From positions 248,001 through 312,000 of the forward strand of contig BROI01000017.1 of NCBI GenBank assembly GCA_027923505.1: DNA of 64,000 nt. Reading direction: 5' to 3'. A program made the position numbers and the translations under genes. Positions 21,612 to 33,944 of the stretch are shown here, piece by piece. This stretch comes from Mayamaea pseudoterrestris. Its lineage: Eukaryota. Numbering within the stretch: the stretch's first letter is position 1; each line of letters starts with the position of its first letter. The notes beneath the pieces are model-generated. The model was given only the letters and a program-made list of their open reading frames with translations, did no database searches and was not told the DNA's origin.

Positions 21612-22875
21612 GAGTCCTGGTTGATTCTTAAAGTTCTTAAGCACTGTAGACTACAGAAGAGGAAGAGACGAATGGTTAGGTGCTTGCAGTAGTTAGCTAG
21701 CCGATCAGACGTCATGATCCGGGTTCCATTAACGGTTCCGAGAAGCGTCAAAACGCATCTCGGCCGCTCGGTAGGCTGGCTACGACGATGGGCATCACCC
21801 GTAGCAGTTGTACATGGAGGGTGTGTAAGTACAAAACCATACCAGTCGTTGTGGGCCTTACATCACGAGGAAGTTTCACATTCATTTTTCCACATCAATC
21901 AACAGGTCAAACGTCCCGAATGACTTGGCCAACCCTTACACTTACCAAGCGTTGATGACTGCCACTTGCGGTCGCTGCGGAAAGTGACGCGCTGCCTCGT
22001 CGCGATGGTTTCTCGCGGCAGAAAATTCCATGTCCGTGCGGTTTTGAATTTGATGGCGGTCATTGTTTTTCGACGAGTCAAAAAATACTGGCAAGCAAAG
22101 GGTCTGCGCCATTATCAACGACGGCAGCGAGCTACTTTTACGATAGCGCTGAAAACTGAAGTTCACTGCAAGACAAGATGATTTGTTGATTCCAAATTAG
22201 TCTGTCATTGGTCATTGCCATGATCGCGTGATGCTGCATCGCAGCTGCGTCGTCCACCATCAACCTGCTGCAGAGTTTACCTTTCGAGCTAAGGAATGGA
22301 AAGCCATACATGCCGTGACGCCTCTATTCTACTCTTGCTCATTCTCCAGTGCTACCGCTTGTGCTTGGTACGGAGTGATCCGACATCCGACTTTACTCGT
22401 CGCTTTGTATCCAAAAGTTAAAGCGCCTTATGACGAATCGATGTTAAGAAAGTCCAGCAAATAGTAATTGGTTTCTATTGAGCTTCAAGCATGATGCGCT
22501 GGCTGATAAGGGACGATGAGTCGGCAGCCGGCAGCGACTGACAGTGAGCTTTGAGTTCAGCATGTTGCATGTACGTACGCGCGCTAACAACATCACAAGT
22601 AACTACTATCATAATACTATGGTAATCAAGAACAATTTTAAGCTTAAATATGTTGCTCATTTGCATGCAATATCAAATAGAGTGGTCGCCAAAAGTTTCC
22701 GACATGGTGGATGTCGCATTGACGTTTTTACACGTCATTCGTTCCAAGTTGAATTTGTCCGGGCGTCAGACAGTTGCTCTTCCTCACAAGATCAACCCAC
22801 ACATCACATTACACAGCAACCATGGTGAAGGAGAAAGACAGCAACTACGAAATAGTGCAACAAAGCGATTCAATA

Positions 22876-25326
22876 ATGAAGAGACGAAGAAGGCCGCTAC
22901 TCCGCGCATTCGTCGCCGCATCGTCCGTTTCCACGGCTTCCGCCTTCACCTCTTCGTCAGCGACGTTTCGTTCGACAATACCAAAAGCAAGAGCATTTAA
23001 AGTTCCTGCTTTGCATAGAAATCTACCTTTACAATCGAATATACAAGCAAATACAGCGCTTCATCTATTTCCTGAAGCATCTCATTTGATTTCTGGGGTT
23101 ATTGAACTCCCCTTTTCGGAGCTAGGCAAGCAGCTCTCTGACGCTTTAGATGTCGGCAATGCACTGAGCAACGCTGTCGGCAAAATACCAGAACGGGAAA
23201 CAACCATTGTTCTGGAAAGCATTGGCTACGATTTGCTAATCTTTTTGGCAGCCGCAGTCGTCGTGACGCCATTGGCAAAAATGCTCAAAATTAGCACAAT
23301 CTTGGGCTACCTCATTGCCGGCGCCTTGCTTGGACCAAATGCATTAGATATATTTGCAAACACCAAGGCTGACGTTGAGCTTGGTGATTTTGGAATACTA
23401 TTCTTGCTGTTCAGCGAAGGACTCGATGTATCAAGGGAGCGACTCGGCAAATTGAGCAACTACTTGCCGCTCGGGCTGGCGCAAATTTCGCTCGTAACAG
23501 GTGTCATTACGGCTGTTCTTTTGCTAGGGCTGCCGCAAATGCTGAGCCAAGTCTTACCGTTGGACCCTTTCTTTTTACCGGCAACCTACACACCTGCTGA
23601 AGGCGTCGTGCTGGGGCTTGCCGGAGCGCTCAGTACGTCAGCCTTTATCTTTCCAGTGTTGAAGGAACGCCGCTGGGAAGACGACGAGGCTGGTGAGGCA
23701 GCGACGAGTATTTTGCTTCTGCAGGATCTCATGGTGGCACCCTTGTTGGTGTTGCTTCCCTATCTTGTTGGCCAGTCCGAGACAGATTACTCAGCCATTT
23801 GGTTCCTGACGCTCAAAGCAACCGTCGGCTTTGGTTCTGTCATTTTTGCGGGCCGAATCTTGCTAAAGCAACTTTTTGCACTGGTGGCGCAGACGCAAAA
23901 CTCGGAAGCCTTTGTCGCAACATGCTTGCTGGTGAGCCTCGGTATGGGTGTAGTGGCAAAAGGACTTGGTCTAACCGACACTGCTGGCGCCTTTGCCGCT
24001 GGAGTGTTACTTGCCAACACCAACTATCGAGCGCAAATCAAGGCGGATATTCAGCCATTTACTGGTATTTTGCTCGGAATCTTTTTCATGGATGCAGGGT
24101 CCAATTTTGATACAGATTTGGTGCTGCAGGAGTGGCCGACTGTTTTGACTGGAGCTGTCGGACTTTTGGGCATCAAGGCTGCCACGCTTGGTCTTGCGAC
24201 AAGAGTTCCAGAATGGATGGAACCGAATCGCTTGCCGGCCGCAGACGCCGTACGAGTTTCTTTGCTGCTAGCCGGCGGCGGGGAATTTGCTTTTGTTGTC
24301 TTGGCATTGGCAACCAAGTTGGATGTGGTGCCCAACAAGCTCGGTGCACTATTGACCGCCATCATCCTTATCACCATGGCACTCACGCCGCTCCTCGGCA
24401 ACCTAGCAGCAACCTTATCGGAACCTCTTCTTCCGTTAAAGGAGGAAGGTAAGGAAGTTCCTTCAGCGGAGGCGCGGATCAGAGTGGCCAACGATGCTGT
24501 GGTTGTTTGCGGGTACGGCGAAGTCGGTCAGTCGGTGCTGCGAGTCCTTGGCCGAACCGACGTGGACTTGCCGTACGCCAAGCAAATGCTTGGACATCGA
24601 TTGGAAGACAGTATCCCTCGCATTGTTGCATTTGATACGGAGCCTACATTGGCGACTGCTGTGGTCCGTCCGAATAGCCGTTCCGTGGTCATGTTTGGGA
24701 ATGGGGCGAACCACGAGGTAATTCGGTCGAGTGGCATAACCAAGCCATCCTGCATTTTTGTCACGTACGATGATCAGAATCGCGTTTTGCTCGCCACGTC
24801 TCGGTTGCGCAGCTCCTTCGCAAACGCCCCAATTTACGCCCGAGCGGCAACAAGAGCTGACGCAAAGTATTTGAAGGAAGCCGGAGCAACTGAAGTGATT
24901 GTTGAATCGGATGAGTTACCAAAGTCAGCCTTGGCGCTAGTGCAAGGTGTATGGCATGACGACCTCCAAATGGATGCGGCGGATGATATGGATGTCTATA
25001 TGACTGATCCTGACCAGCTGCGAGCAGCTGTCGCATTTGCCGCGGGTATTTCATTGTCGGAAGCATCGGAGCTTATTGAGCTATATCGAGGAATGGATCA
25101 GGATGGCAACGGACGGGTCACTCTTCAGGAGATTGAGAACGTTTTGCGTCGGTCAACTCGCTGGATTGCCACGGATGCTGAGATACAAGAGCTCGATGAC
25201 TGGTTGTCTGTCGCCATCGGAGAAAAGGATTCTGTTCCAATCCTTGACCTGTGTCGCCTTTACGGACAAGCACCAGCACTTGTTCGCAAGGCATTTGGTA
25301 TTGAAAAGAATCAGTCTGTGCAATAG
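22876..25326 (+). CDS. KEA3: Plastid K+/H+ antiporter (CPA2/KefC family, KEA3-like) with RCK/KTN domain and C-terminal EF-hand
   Basis: ASA-FTSS targeting motif; LGYLIAGALLGP, GILFLLFSEGL, LSTSAF, LLQD, GAFAAG, GGEFAFV; RCK VVVCGYGEVG; EF-hand DQDGNGRVTLQE. The exact KEA paralog is inferred. Confidence 0.85.
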   Translation: MKRRRRPLLRAFVAASSVSTASAFTSSSATFRSTIPKARAFKVPALHRNLPLQSNIQANTALHLFPEASHLISGVIELPFSELGKQLSDALDVGNALSNAVGKIPERETTIVLESIGYDLLIFLAAAVVVTPLAKMLKISTILGYLIAGALLGPNALDIFANTKADVELGDFGILFLLFSEGLDVSRERLGKLSNYLPLGLAQISLVTGVITAVLLLGLPQMLSQVLPLDPFFLPATYTPAEGVVLGLAGALSTSAFIFPVLKERRWEDDEAGEAATSILLLQDLMVAPLLVLLPYLVGQSETDYSAIWFLTLKATVGFGSVIFAGRILLKQLFALVAQTQNSEAFVATCLLVSLGMGVVAKGLGLTDTAGAFAAGVLLANTNYRAQIKADIQPFTGILLGIFFMDAGSNFDTDLVLQEWPTVLTGAVGLLGIKAATLGLATRVPEWMEPNRLPAADAVRVSLLLAGGGEFAFVVLALATKLDVVPNKLGALLTAIILITMALTPLLGNLAATLSEPLLPLKEEGKEVPSAEARIRVANDAVVVCGYGEVGQSVLRVLGRTDVDLPYAKQMLGHRLEDSIPRIVAFDTEPTLATAVVRPNSRSVVMFGNGANHEVIRSSGITKPSCIFVTYDDQNRVLLATSRLRSSFANAPIYARAATRADAKYLKEAGATEVIVESDELPKSALALVQGVWHDDLQMDAADDMDVYMTDPDQLRAAVAFAAGISLSEASELIELYRGMDQDGNGRVTLQEIENVLRRSTRWIATDAEIQELDDWLSVAIGEKDSVPILDLCRLYGQAPALVRKAFGIEKNQSVQ

Positions 25327-25728
25327 CATCAAGTTGATTTTGACTCGTGTTCGTAGTTTTATGCTTATTAACAATGTGATAAAAGATGTAGGTTGAGCAC
25401 CGATAATCAAGGTAGCTAACTTATGGATTTATCGTAGCGGTAATCCGTTTCGCGAATGCTGCGCCATGGCCTGCGACCACAAAAAGCCAACGTTTGATGG
25501 GCTCTGTGACAATCAATTGCACGTGGAACATGCTATTTATAAACAAAATGCACAGATGTAACTCATGCGAAAGCGAATAAGTATGCAGATAATTCTCGAG
25601 GGTGCTCCCAGTTGACATATTGACGACCTGTTTCGCTGCTGTCAGAGATCAGCGCTCAGCTCCCACCTTGTGCCTTACAGCCTTATACCGACGAGAGCAA
25701 CTAATAGATTAGTGCATCATCCGACGAG

Positions 25729-26628
25729 ATGAACAAATGTATTCTTTTCTCTTGTCGACTCCTCTTCATTTTGATACTTTCAGCAAGAAAAAGCTACGGG
25801 CTCTCCTCAAATGTCAAGGTTGTCCTCCACCCAATCCAAGTGACGCTGACGAACGTTGCGTATAAGTATAATGAGACATGGTTTCGGCGTCTCACAAACC
25901 CTGCTCCACGCCGAGACTACGCATTGCAAAATGTCAGCTGCTCTCTTTGCGGCGAGCTTGCTATGCTGACTGGCGACTCTGACTCTGGCAAGACGACGTT
26001 GTTCAAATTGCTGCTTGGCAAAGAACAACCCTCGCATGGAACGATTTTAGCTTCAATTCAATCTGCTACTGGGCACAATATCGATCCATCTTCCATGTCC
26101 ATTCCAGTCCCCATTTACCTGGAACTCCAACCCGATCGATCTGATGGGCGTGTCACTACAAAAGATCTACTGGTAGATGGGTGCGCGAATTTCGCAGTGG
26201 CACCTCACGTTGCTTTCTCTATAATTGACCATTTTTGCAGACTGCTCGACTACTCTGAGACCGCCTTGCAGCAACGACGCGAACAGCTCTCCGCGTCGGA
26301 TAACTTGAAGCTCGAGCTCTTGCTAGCTTGCTTGGCTAGTTCGCTAGGCAGCAGCACATTGAGTCAGCTCGAAGCAATGTCGTCCGCCGCTACTATCAAT
26401 CTACCAGCGCCATTCTTGCTACTGGACGAGTGGCTCGACAAGGAGACGTCAGCGGTAGTTCGACGAGTCCAACAAAGTCTCGACAAGTTGGCCGATTCTG
26501 GAGCTATCGTGTGCGTCATTACTCACAAGCCTGAACGATGGAATCTGGACAGCATCCGCAGACTGAGTCTGCGCTTGGGACGACTACAGCCAGCAGCGCC
26601 ACTATACCATTCGTCGCAAGACAAGTAA
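25729..26628 (+). CDS. Stand-alone ABC-type ATPase domain protein with N-terminal targeting signal
   Basis: ALQNVS, Walker A GDSDSGKTT, degenerate signature LSASD, Walker B LLLDE, H-loop ITH. Confidence 0.75.
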   Translation: MNKCILFSCRLLFILILSARKSYGLSSNVKVVLHPIQVTLTNVAYKYNETWFRRLTNPAPRRDYALQNVSCSLCGELAMLTGDSDSGKTTLFKLLLGKEQPSHGTILASIQSATGHNIDPSSMSIPVPIYLELQPDRSDGRVTTKDLLVDGCANFAVAPHVAFSIIDHFCRLLDYSETALQQRREQLSASDNLKLELLLACLASSLGSSTLSQLEAMSSAATINLPAPFLLLDEWLDKETSAVVRRVQQSLDKLADSGAIVCVITHKPERWNLDSIRRLSLRLGRLQPAAPLYHSSQDK

Positions 26629-27221
26629 AATACACGCGTAAATGTTTCGGTACATTTACTGCAGTTTTTATCATTTTGAGACATTTCTGTCACAGTCAAT
26701 GCCAAGATTGACATGTGTAGCTATGGGTAAAATAGTTCAAAGTAGTTGACCTATCACATTGATCACACAATCTGGAGTCCGTATATTGGGCCATGTTCAT
26801 GGCCAAGAGATAGCAGAATGCTGCAAACATCATTACTCAGGTTGATATACAAGGTGGAATGCCTGGTTCGTGCCATACGCAGCTGCAATGGCATTGAAAG
26901 AAGTTGCTTCCGAATCCCAGCTGCAACGAGCCAGAGCCAAGCCATTCTACGTAGACCTTTTAGAATGCATTAGATGGTATATGGCAGTAAACAGTTAGCA
27001 TCATTTTGGTAAGCTACCGGCACAAATTCTAGGGCATCACGTCGCCATTTAACAGTATTTCCTTGCAAATTTAATGTACTTGTACCAATTCCAGGACTCA
27101 ATCTATGAGAGTCACACTACAATGGCAGCATGATACAATCGTCCAAAGAAATTGCCTTACTTATAGTATTTACTCCATCAACTACCAACTTCTATTTTCG
27201 CATTGCCGCTCTCAACTATAT

Positions 27222-28730
27222 TTAGTACTCATCCAAGCCAGCATCATCACCCGTCTCGGCACCAACCTCTTCATAATCCTTTTCCAAGGCGGCCAAATCT
27301 TCACGAGCTTCCGAAAACTCACCCTCCTCCATACCTTCTCCAACGTACCAGTGGACAAAGGCGCGCTTGGCGTACATCAAGTCGAACTTGTGGTCAATGC
27401 GCGACAAGGCTTCCGCAATGGCCGTCGTGTTGGCAACCATGCAAACAGCGCGCTTGACCTGCGCCAAGTCCCCGCCTGGAACCTGCTCGGGAGGCTGGTA
27501 GTTGATTCCGCACTTGAATCCAGTGGGGCACCAGTCGACAAACTGAATGGTGCGCTTCGTCTTGATGGTGGCAACCGCCGCATTCACGTCCTTCGGGACG
27601 ACATCACCGCGGTACATGAGGCAGCAGGCCATGTACTTGCCATGACGAGGATCGCACTTGGTCATCATGTTGCTTGGTTCAAAGACGCTGTTGGTGATTT
27701 CAGCTACCGTCAAGCTCTCGTGGTACGCCTTCTCCGCCGAGATGATGGGAGCATACGACGTCAACATGAAGTGAATGCGCGGGTAGGGGACCAAGTTGGT
27801 CTGGAACTCGGTAACGTCAACGTTGAGCGCGCCATCAAAGCGGAGCGAGGCCGTCAAACTCGAAATGACTTGCGCAATGAGACGGTTCAAGTTCTTGTAG
27901 GTGGGACGTTCAATGTCCAGGTTGCGGCGGGAGACGTCATACAAGGCTTCATTGTCGAGACAAAAGGTGCAGTCCGTATGCTCCAAGAGCGCATGCGTCG
28001 ACAAGACCGAGTTGTATGGCTCAACGACAGCCGTGGAAACCTGCGGCGACGGCGAGACGGCAAACGAGAGCTTGCTCTTGCGCCCATAGTCAACCGAAAG
28101 ACGCTCCAGCAAGAGCGATCCGAGACCAGATCCAGTACCTCCTCCAGTCGCATGAAAGACGAGAAACCCCTGCAAGCCAGTGCAGTTATCCGCAAGCTTG
28201 CGAATGCGGTCGAGGACAACGTCGACAATCTCCTTTCCGATGGTGTAATGACCGCGCGCATAGTTGTTGGCAGCGTCCTCCTTGCCATTGATAATCTGCT
28301 CGGGATGGTACAACTGCTTGTACTCTCCAGTGCGGACTTCATCACAGACCGTCGGTTCAAGATCAACGTAGACGGCGCGAGGAACGTGGCGGCCATTGTT
28401 TGTCTCGGAGAAGAACGTGTTGAACGAGTCATCGCTCATGTTCGCCTTGACGCTGTCGGTAGTCGTCAAGGTACCGTCCGGCATGATGCCGTGCTCGAGG
28501 CAGTAGAGCTCCCAGCACTGGTTTCCTGTCTGGATACCAGCCTGGCCGAGATGGATGGAGATACATTCTAGTAAACATGACGAGAGCAACGAGCGTGAGA
28601 GAGCGCAGCGTACCAAAGATGCGGCCAGTCTACGGCCACGAAAGCACCGACGCAAAAGACGATCAATCTTCGCTCAAATTTCTCCGCTCTAGCGCTCAAA
28701 ATTCTTTCATGACATTTACTTACCACGCAT
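27222..28730 (-). CDS. TUA: Alpha-tubulin
   Basis: Exon 1 ATG CGT G at 28730, intron, exon 2 from 28567, giving [29 protein letters not shown] and [18 protein letters not shown] present; ends EY. Confidence 0.98.
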
Positions 28731-29032
28731 GATGAAAGAAAGGCAAGAGAAAGCGATCAAAGACTACAATAAAAGCTGCAACAATCGACTCTTCACGACA
28801 AAGAGAGATGTGGATATGCGCTGCGGCAACCGATTCCGCAACCCTAACTTGGCTGGAATACCCGGCCGGCGCGCCAATGGTTCGTCATTGCCCGGCTGGC
28901 GTGCCATTGATGAGCAGCCGGCCATGACACCGACGGGTTTTCGATGGATCAAGTCCGTCTTCCTCAGAATTCTTCGGACAATCTTTGATTGATGTTTGTT
29001 CGTCAAATCATGCAATCCTACTACTCACAATA

Positions 29033-29767
29033 ATGATTTACCAGCCTGCAAGCAGCACTATGATTCCTCCCACTCCTATTCTCTTTCGCGCTGGCACTGC
29101 CGCCGGTCTCTTGGTATTCTTGCAGTTTGTCTTGGCGAACACCAAGATGGAGAAGGCGAACCGCCGTAACCTTCAGCATTGGCTCACCGGCCAGGCCTTT
29201 TTGCTTGTGAGCTACGTATTGCCAATCAATGTTTGTGTGACAATGCTCTTTGCTTCGGCGGCACTTGTGTACTATTTGGAAGTATACCAGTCAAAGTTTT
29301 TTGTTAAACACTTTGGAGCGTTCTTGCGCAAGGAGGAAGCCGTTGGCGATTCAAGATCGGGAGCCTTTTACTTTTTGCTTGGAACTGCCGTCACGGCTGC
29401 TATTTTCCCAATCAATACAGCTCGATTTGCTCTTCAATGTCTCGCTACGGTTGATCCAGTCGCTAGCTACTTTGGTCGTCACGTCGAATCAAGTCGCATC
29501 AACCAGAACACAACCTTGGCAGGAAGCGCCGCTGGATTTGTCACGGCATGCGCGATTGGATGCTTCTACTTGGGCTTTGGAGAGGCATCTTGGGGCAAGA
29601 TTCTTGTTGGAGCGCTTACCTGCACCATTGTCGAGGGGTCGCCCTATGGAAATGACAATTTCATGATTCCAGTCTTGACGAGTCTTGTCATGGAGGCACC
29701 AAGCGTGCTGCAGTACAAGCGCATGGAGGCGGCCTTGTTGAACATCAAGCATTCGATCGTTGGGTAA
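29033..29767 (+). CDS. CTP-dependent polyprenol/diacylglycerol kinase family membrane protein (phytol/dolichol kinase, Dgk1-like)
   Basis: RRNLQHWLTG, LRKEE, SGAFYFLLG, DPVASYFGR, TLAGS, NDNFMIP; multiple TMs. Start uncertain. Confidence 0.75.
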   Translation: MIYQPASSTMIPPTPILFRAGTAAGLLVFLQFVLANTKMEKANRRNLQHWLTGQAFLLVSYVLPINVCVTMLFASAALVYYLEVYQSKFFVKHFGAFLRKEEAVGDSRSGAFYFLLGTAVTAAIFPINTARFALQCLATVDPVASYFGRHVESSRINQNTTLAGSAAGFVTACAIGCFYLGFGEASWGKILVGALTCTIVEGSPYGNDNFMIPVLTSLVMEAPSVLQYKRMEAALLNIKHSIVG

Positions 29768-29884
29768 ACTGACGACGAATGAATGCTACGCTAATTAATG
29801 TTGTAATAATATACATATTATGAAACAGAAAATCATGTAATCGGTATCACAGTGCGCAGTAGTAGGTAGATGAGACGAAAATCT

Positions 29885-32800
29885 TTAGTAATCGTCGAGG
29901 CCCGCCAATGGAAAGGCTAACCCCACGAGTTCACCATTGGCATCGCACGAAATACCACTCCATTCGCAAATGTCCACGTCCATGTCTCCCCAGTGGCGCT
30001 GGGCGTCGGCGGGCCAAACATCCCCCTGCATAACCTCGAAGAAAATGGTCAAAATCTCCTCCGGACTGATCACTTGACAAGCGCTCTGAAAGCTTCCCAA
30101 GTACAACGTTGTTTCGCCCGGCGGGCACTTGACGCATGGTCCATACGTTTCCGAAGCATGGCCAGATGAATCGGCGTACGTTCCAAGTGGACAAAGTATG
30201 CCGTCGCAGCCATACTGCTTGGTGGCGCCGCCATTCACATTGGGGTTGGAACATAGACCACGAGGAATGGGATCGTAAAGCATGTTTCCGCCGAGTCGAA
30301 GGTCTTCAATTACTTGACTTGTCCCTAGCGATTGTGGCACAGTTCCATGTAGGTTGTTGTTGGATAGATCTATCCAGCTCATGCGAGGCAACTTGCCGAG
30401 CTCTGGAATCGTGCCCGAGAACATGTTTCCCTTCAAGTGTAGAATTTGGAGAGCATCAGCATTGAGAAGACTGTTCGGAATGGTTCCAGAGAATTGGTTA
30501 CTGAAGACGTCTTCAAAACAAAGGAAAATGAGAAGAGAGCGCCAAATAGAAATATTAACAGTAAGTCGCGACAAAGTAGCCTTACCGATTCGTTTCAAAA
30601 GCGAACAAGCTCCAAACTCATTTGGAAGCTGCCCCGTAAATTCATTATGATACGCCTCAAAGTTTTCAAGCTTTTTCATTTCACCAATTTCGGTTGGTAG
30701 TACGCCTTGAAGCATGTTTCGGGCAATCATGAGCTCCTTGACATTCGGCATTCGCGTTGGAGGCAGAGTCCCAGTGAACTTGTTGTTTGTAAGATGCAAA
30801 ATCTCCAACGAGCTCAGAGAGAAAAGCTCTGACGGGATCGTCCCACGCATTTGCGTATGGACAATTTTCAGTTGCTTCAGGTTTGTGAGTCGACTTAGCT
30901 CCGAGGGCAGAGTCCCTGTCATAAAGACACAGCTGGAAAGGTCCAAAGACTTCAAATTGGTGAGTTTGCCAATCTCAGTCGGTAGCGATCCGCGCAAAAA
31001 TTGCCGTCTGCTTAACTGCAGCACTTCGAGAGACTTGAGCTCGCCGATCTCGGCCGGTAGTCCTTTGCAGTAGCTGATCGGACCAGGCTTGCGGTTGCCA
31101 TCGGAGCACATGTTAGCGTTTGCCAAGTCTAGCTTCGTCACACGACCCTTGACACACTTTACACCCTCCAAATCACACTCATTGTAGGTCATGTTCGCCC
31201 AATGATGGTAGTTGGAGCCCCAGAAGCGCCCTAGCGTATCAATGTAAAGCATGCGCAGGACTTCACGAGGCGAAAGCACACCATCTCCGTCCAAATCGCC
31301 ATGAACATATTCGAGTCCCTCACAACTCGTACGCCCCAAGACCTGCGATATGGGAGGGTCTTGCAATTCGCCATTCTCAGTTGCTGGACATTGTCGACAG
31401 CAGGCATGAAGTGTGGCATGCCCGTGAATGTTGAAAGTGCCAGGGCGGCACAGTACGGCGTCGCACCCATTTTCCTGGTACAGCATACTTGTGGCAGTGG
31501 CTCCTTCTCCGCAAAAGAGGCCTGGAATTGTCCCAGTAAGTCTGATGAAGATAAATCCGGCTTGTGAGAGCAATGCATGACCTTCGGAAGGATGAGCGCA
31601 GATCACAAATTACTCACAAGTTGTCAGTGAAGTTAAATCGAAGATTTCGATTGAGTTGAAGCATTGTCGTTGGTATCGTGCCACGAAGATGATTGCCCAT
31701 TAGGTCAATGATATACACGGACGAAAGTGCTCCAATTTCATCTGGTATGGTACCAGTCAGCCGATTTTGGCCGACCATCAAGCTAAGTTAATTGGTTAGG
31801 CGATGCAGCGGACTTCACGTAATGTCAATAGCATGCGACGACTTACCTCGAAAGGCTCGACTTGAGTCCAGTAAACAATTCCGGAGGCAATGTTCCTGAG
31901 AGCTGATTGTCCGACAAGTGAAGCACGCGAAGGTTTGGTAGATCCGACCAATCCGATGCATTGTCTGCATCACTGCTCGGAAGCGTCCCCGTCAAGACAT
32001 TGTGCGAAAGCATCAACAGCTCAAGCTGTTCCTGGTCGAACATTTCGTCTGAAATGGTTCCGCGAATATAGTTATCCTCCAAGTTCACATCTATCAATCG
32101 CAATGGCAATAGTTGCGTGACCCGCTCCAACGTGTCATTTAAAAGGTTGGAGCCAGCATCAAGCATGTACAAATATGGCATATCTTGAAAGTCGTCTGGG
32201 ATAGTTCCACTGATAAAGTTGTTGCCCATGACGAGATATTGAAGGTTTGGAATGTGAGCAAGACTTGAAGGTAGCGAACCAGTCAGAAAATTGTCGGAAA
32301 CATCCAACACTTTGAGCACTTCCCAATCCTCGGAACCTTCAATGACTGGACCACTCAGCAAATTGTGGTTGACTCGAATCTCCTGCATGCGTTTCGAGGA
32401 TGCTAAAAAGTTTTCTGGAATACTGCCAGTTAGATTGTTTTCGCCAAGGTCAAAGTAGTATAGCGATTCGCTCATGTTTGAATATTCCGTTGGAATGGAT
32501 CCAAACAAGCGATTTCCGGCCAAATTCAATACGGCCAAGTGCCTCAACTCGGTCAAGGAGGCTGGAAGCGTGGCATGTAGATTGGCCTGTGTCAACTCTA
32601 GCCGCGTAACGACTTGGTAGACGGGCGGTTCGTCTGGTCGATGCAGCAAGTGGTGCTTGCTTGTGACGCGATGCTCGCAAAGGACGCCGCGAAATTGACA
32701 AGTATGTTTGGATTTGTCGTCAATGTTTGTCCACATATTGCTCCATGCTTCTGTGAAAAAGTCAACCAGAACTTTTCGCTCCAATGCTTCGACTTCAGTG

Positions 32801-33492
32801 GGAGGAAGGGGCGAGTCGGGCTGGAGCGCCGAGTCATCGTCGTCGTCAACATTGCCGTCATCGCAGCTTTGCTCGCATTCGTCCTTTGGTTCGTCCTCAA
32901 CAATTGTGTTGTCTTGCTTTCGATAAAAGAGACGTTCAACAATATTATGAACTGCTTGAGACATGCTAACAATAGGCTCGCCTTTCTCTTGATGTTGATG
33001 CTGAATGTACTCTTGAATGTCGTCTTCGCTAAGGAGGATCGTATCTCCATCCACCATGCTGCGAATGTTGACGTCATCATCACTGTCAAGCGTATCAGTA
33101 GCTTCAGGGTCTTCATCATCGTCATTGTTCGGTATGAATGCTGGTAAGAGTGCGTAAAAATCATGATTATGTTCGACCCAAACTTGTGCGTCGTGATCCA
33201 AGTACAAGGGAACAGTTTCGGTATCTAAATGTGCGTCATCAAACAAGTCCAAAAGAGCTTCTCGCAACTGATCCGCATCGGGTAAATCTTGTAGACTTGC
33301 TGGCCGGAGTCCATGGAGCGCCTCAGAAGCAGTTTCATCGCCGCAGGTCGAGTCGTCGCCGATATCTAATGTCATGCCGCTCATCGTTCCGTCATGGTCG
33401 AATGCTTCAGCGTCGCTCAGAAAGAAGCTGACAATGACGCAAAGCCAAATTAGGAATATAGATATTACACGGCGCGATCTACATGGTTTCAT
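29885..33492 (-). CDS. Large secreted leucine-rich repeat protein (multi-exon, no kinase)
   Basis: Signal peptide from MKPC at 33492; plant-type LRRs (LxxLxLxxNxLxGxIP); LRRNT caps (CxWxGxxC); CPLGTY/CRPGTF Cys modules. Introns near 31845-31790, 31615-31560 and 30585-30512. Confidence 0.85.
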
Positions 33493-33944
33493 TGTAATGT
33501 AAACTGTGTATTTGTTGCATGAAGAGATCGTTGTATTGCTTGTTGCTGTGCTAGCTGATTGTTGGAGTGACGAGTTGTGCGAGGCACGAGATCTCGCGAT
33601 GTGCAAAGTGTCGCATAAGACCGGTACGACATGTTCTATTGCCGGTGCGATCTTACAGTCAAGTCGATTCGCCAAGCCATCATTCATCGCTTTTGTGACT
33701 GTCCAACATGATGTCTTCATCGCCCGATCAAAATCCTTTGACAAGATGGTCAAGTCCCCTGTATATCGCAGAGGAAGGTCTTCAGGTGAATATCCCTTGT
33801 GGAGGCTGGTATGGAATCTGTTTCGGATTTGCAGCAGATGAGTTAGAAGAGGCTGCATCTGCACATCAGCTGCTCGGCCACGAACAATGCTTTACACTTG
33901 ACGTAAACACCAGCCAGAACAACAATAATCAGTCCCCAATAAAA

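Noticed and set aside
26900..26930. tRNA T-arm-like ttccgaatccc
   Set aside because: No cloverleaf or A box; no tRNA or rRNA was recognised anywhere in the window.
27105..28571. 488-aa plus-strand ORF
   Set aside because: Antisense shadow of the strongly codon-biased alpha-tubulin gene; no protein-like motifs.
33493..33944. Apparent head-to-head overlap of the LRR and RluA ORFs
   Set aside because: Both are upstream open-frame extensions. Plausible starts at 33492 and 33945 do not overlap.
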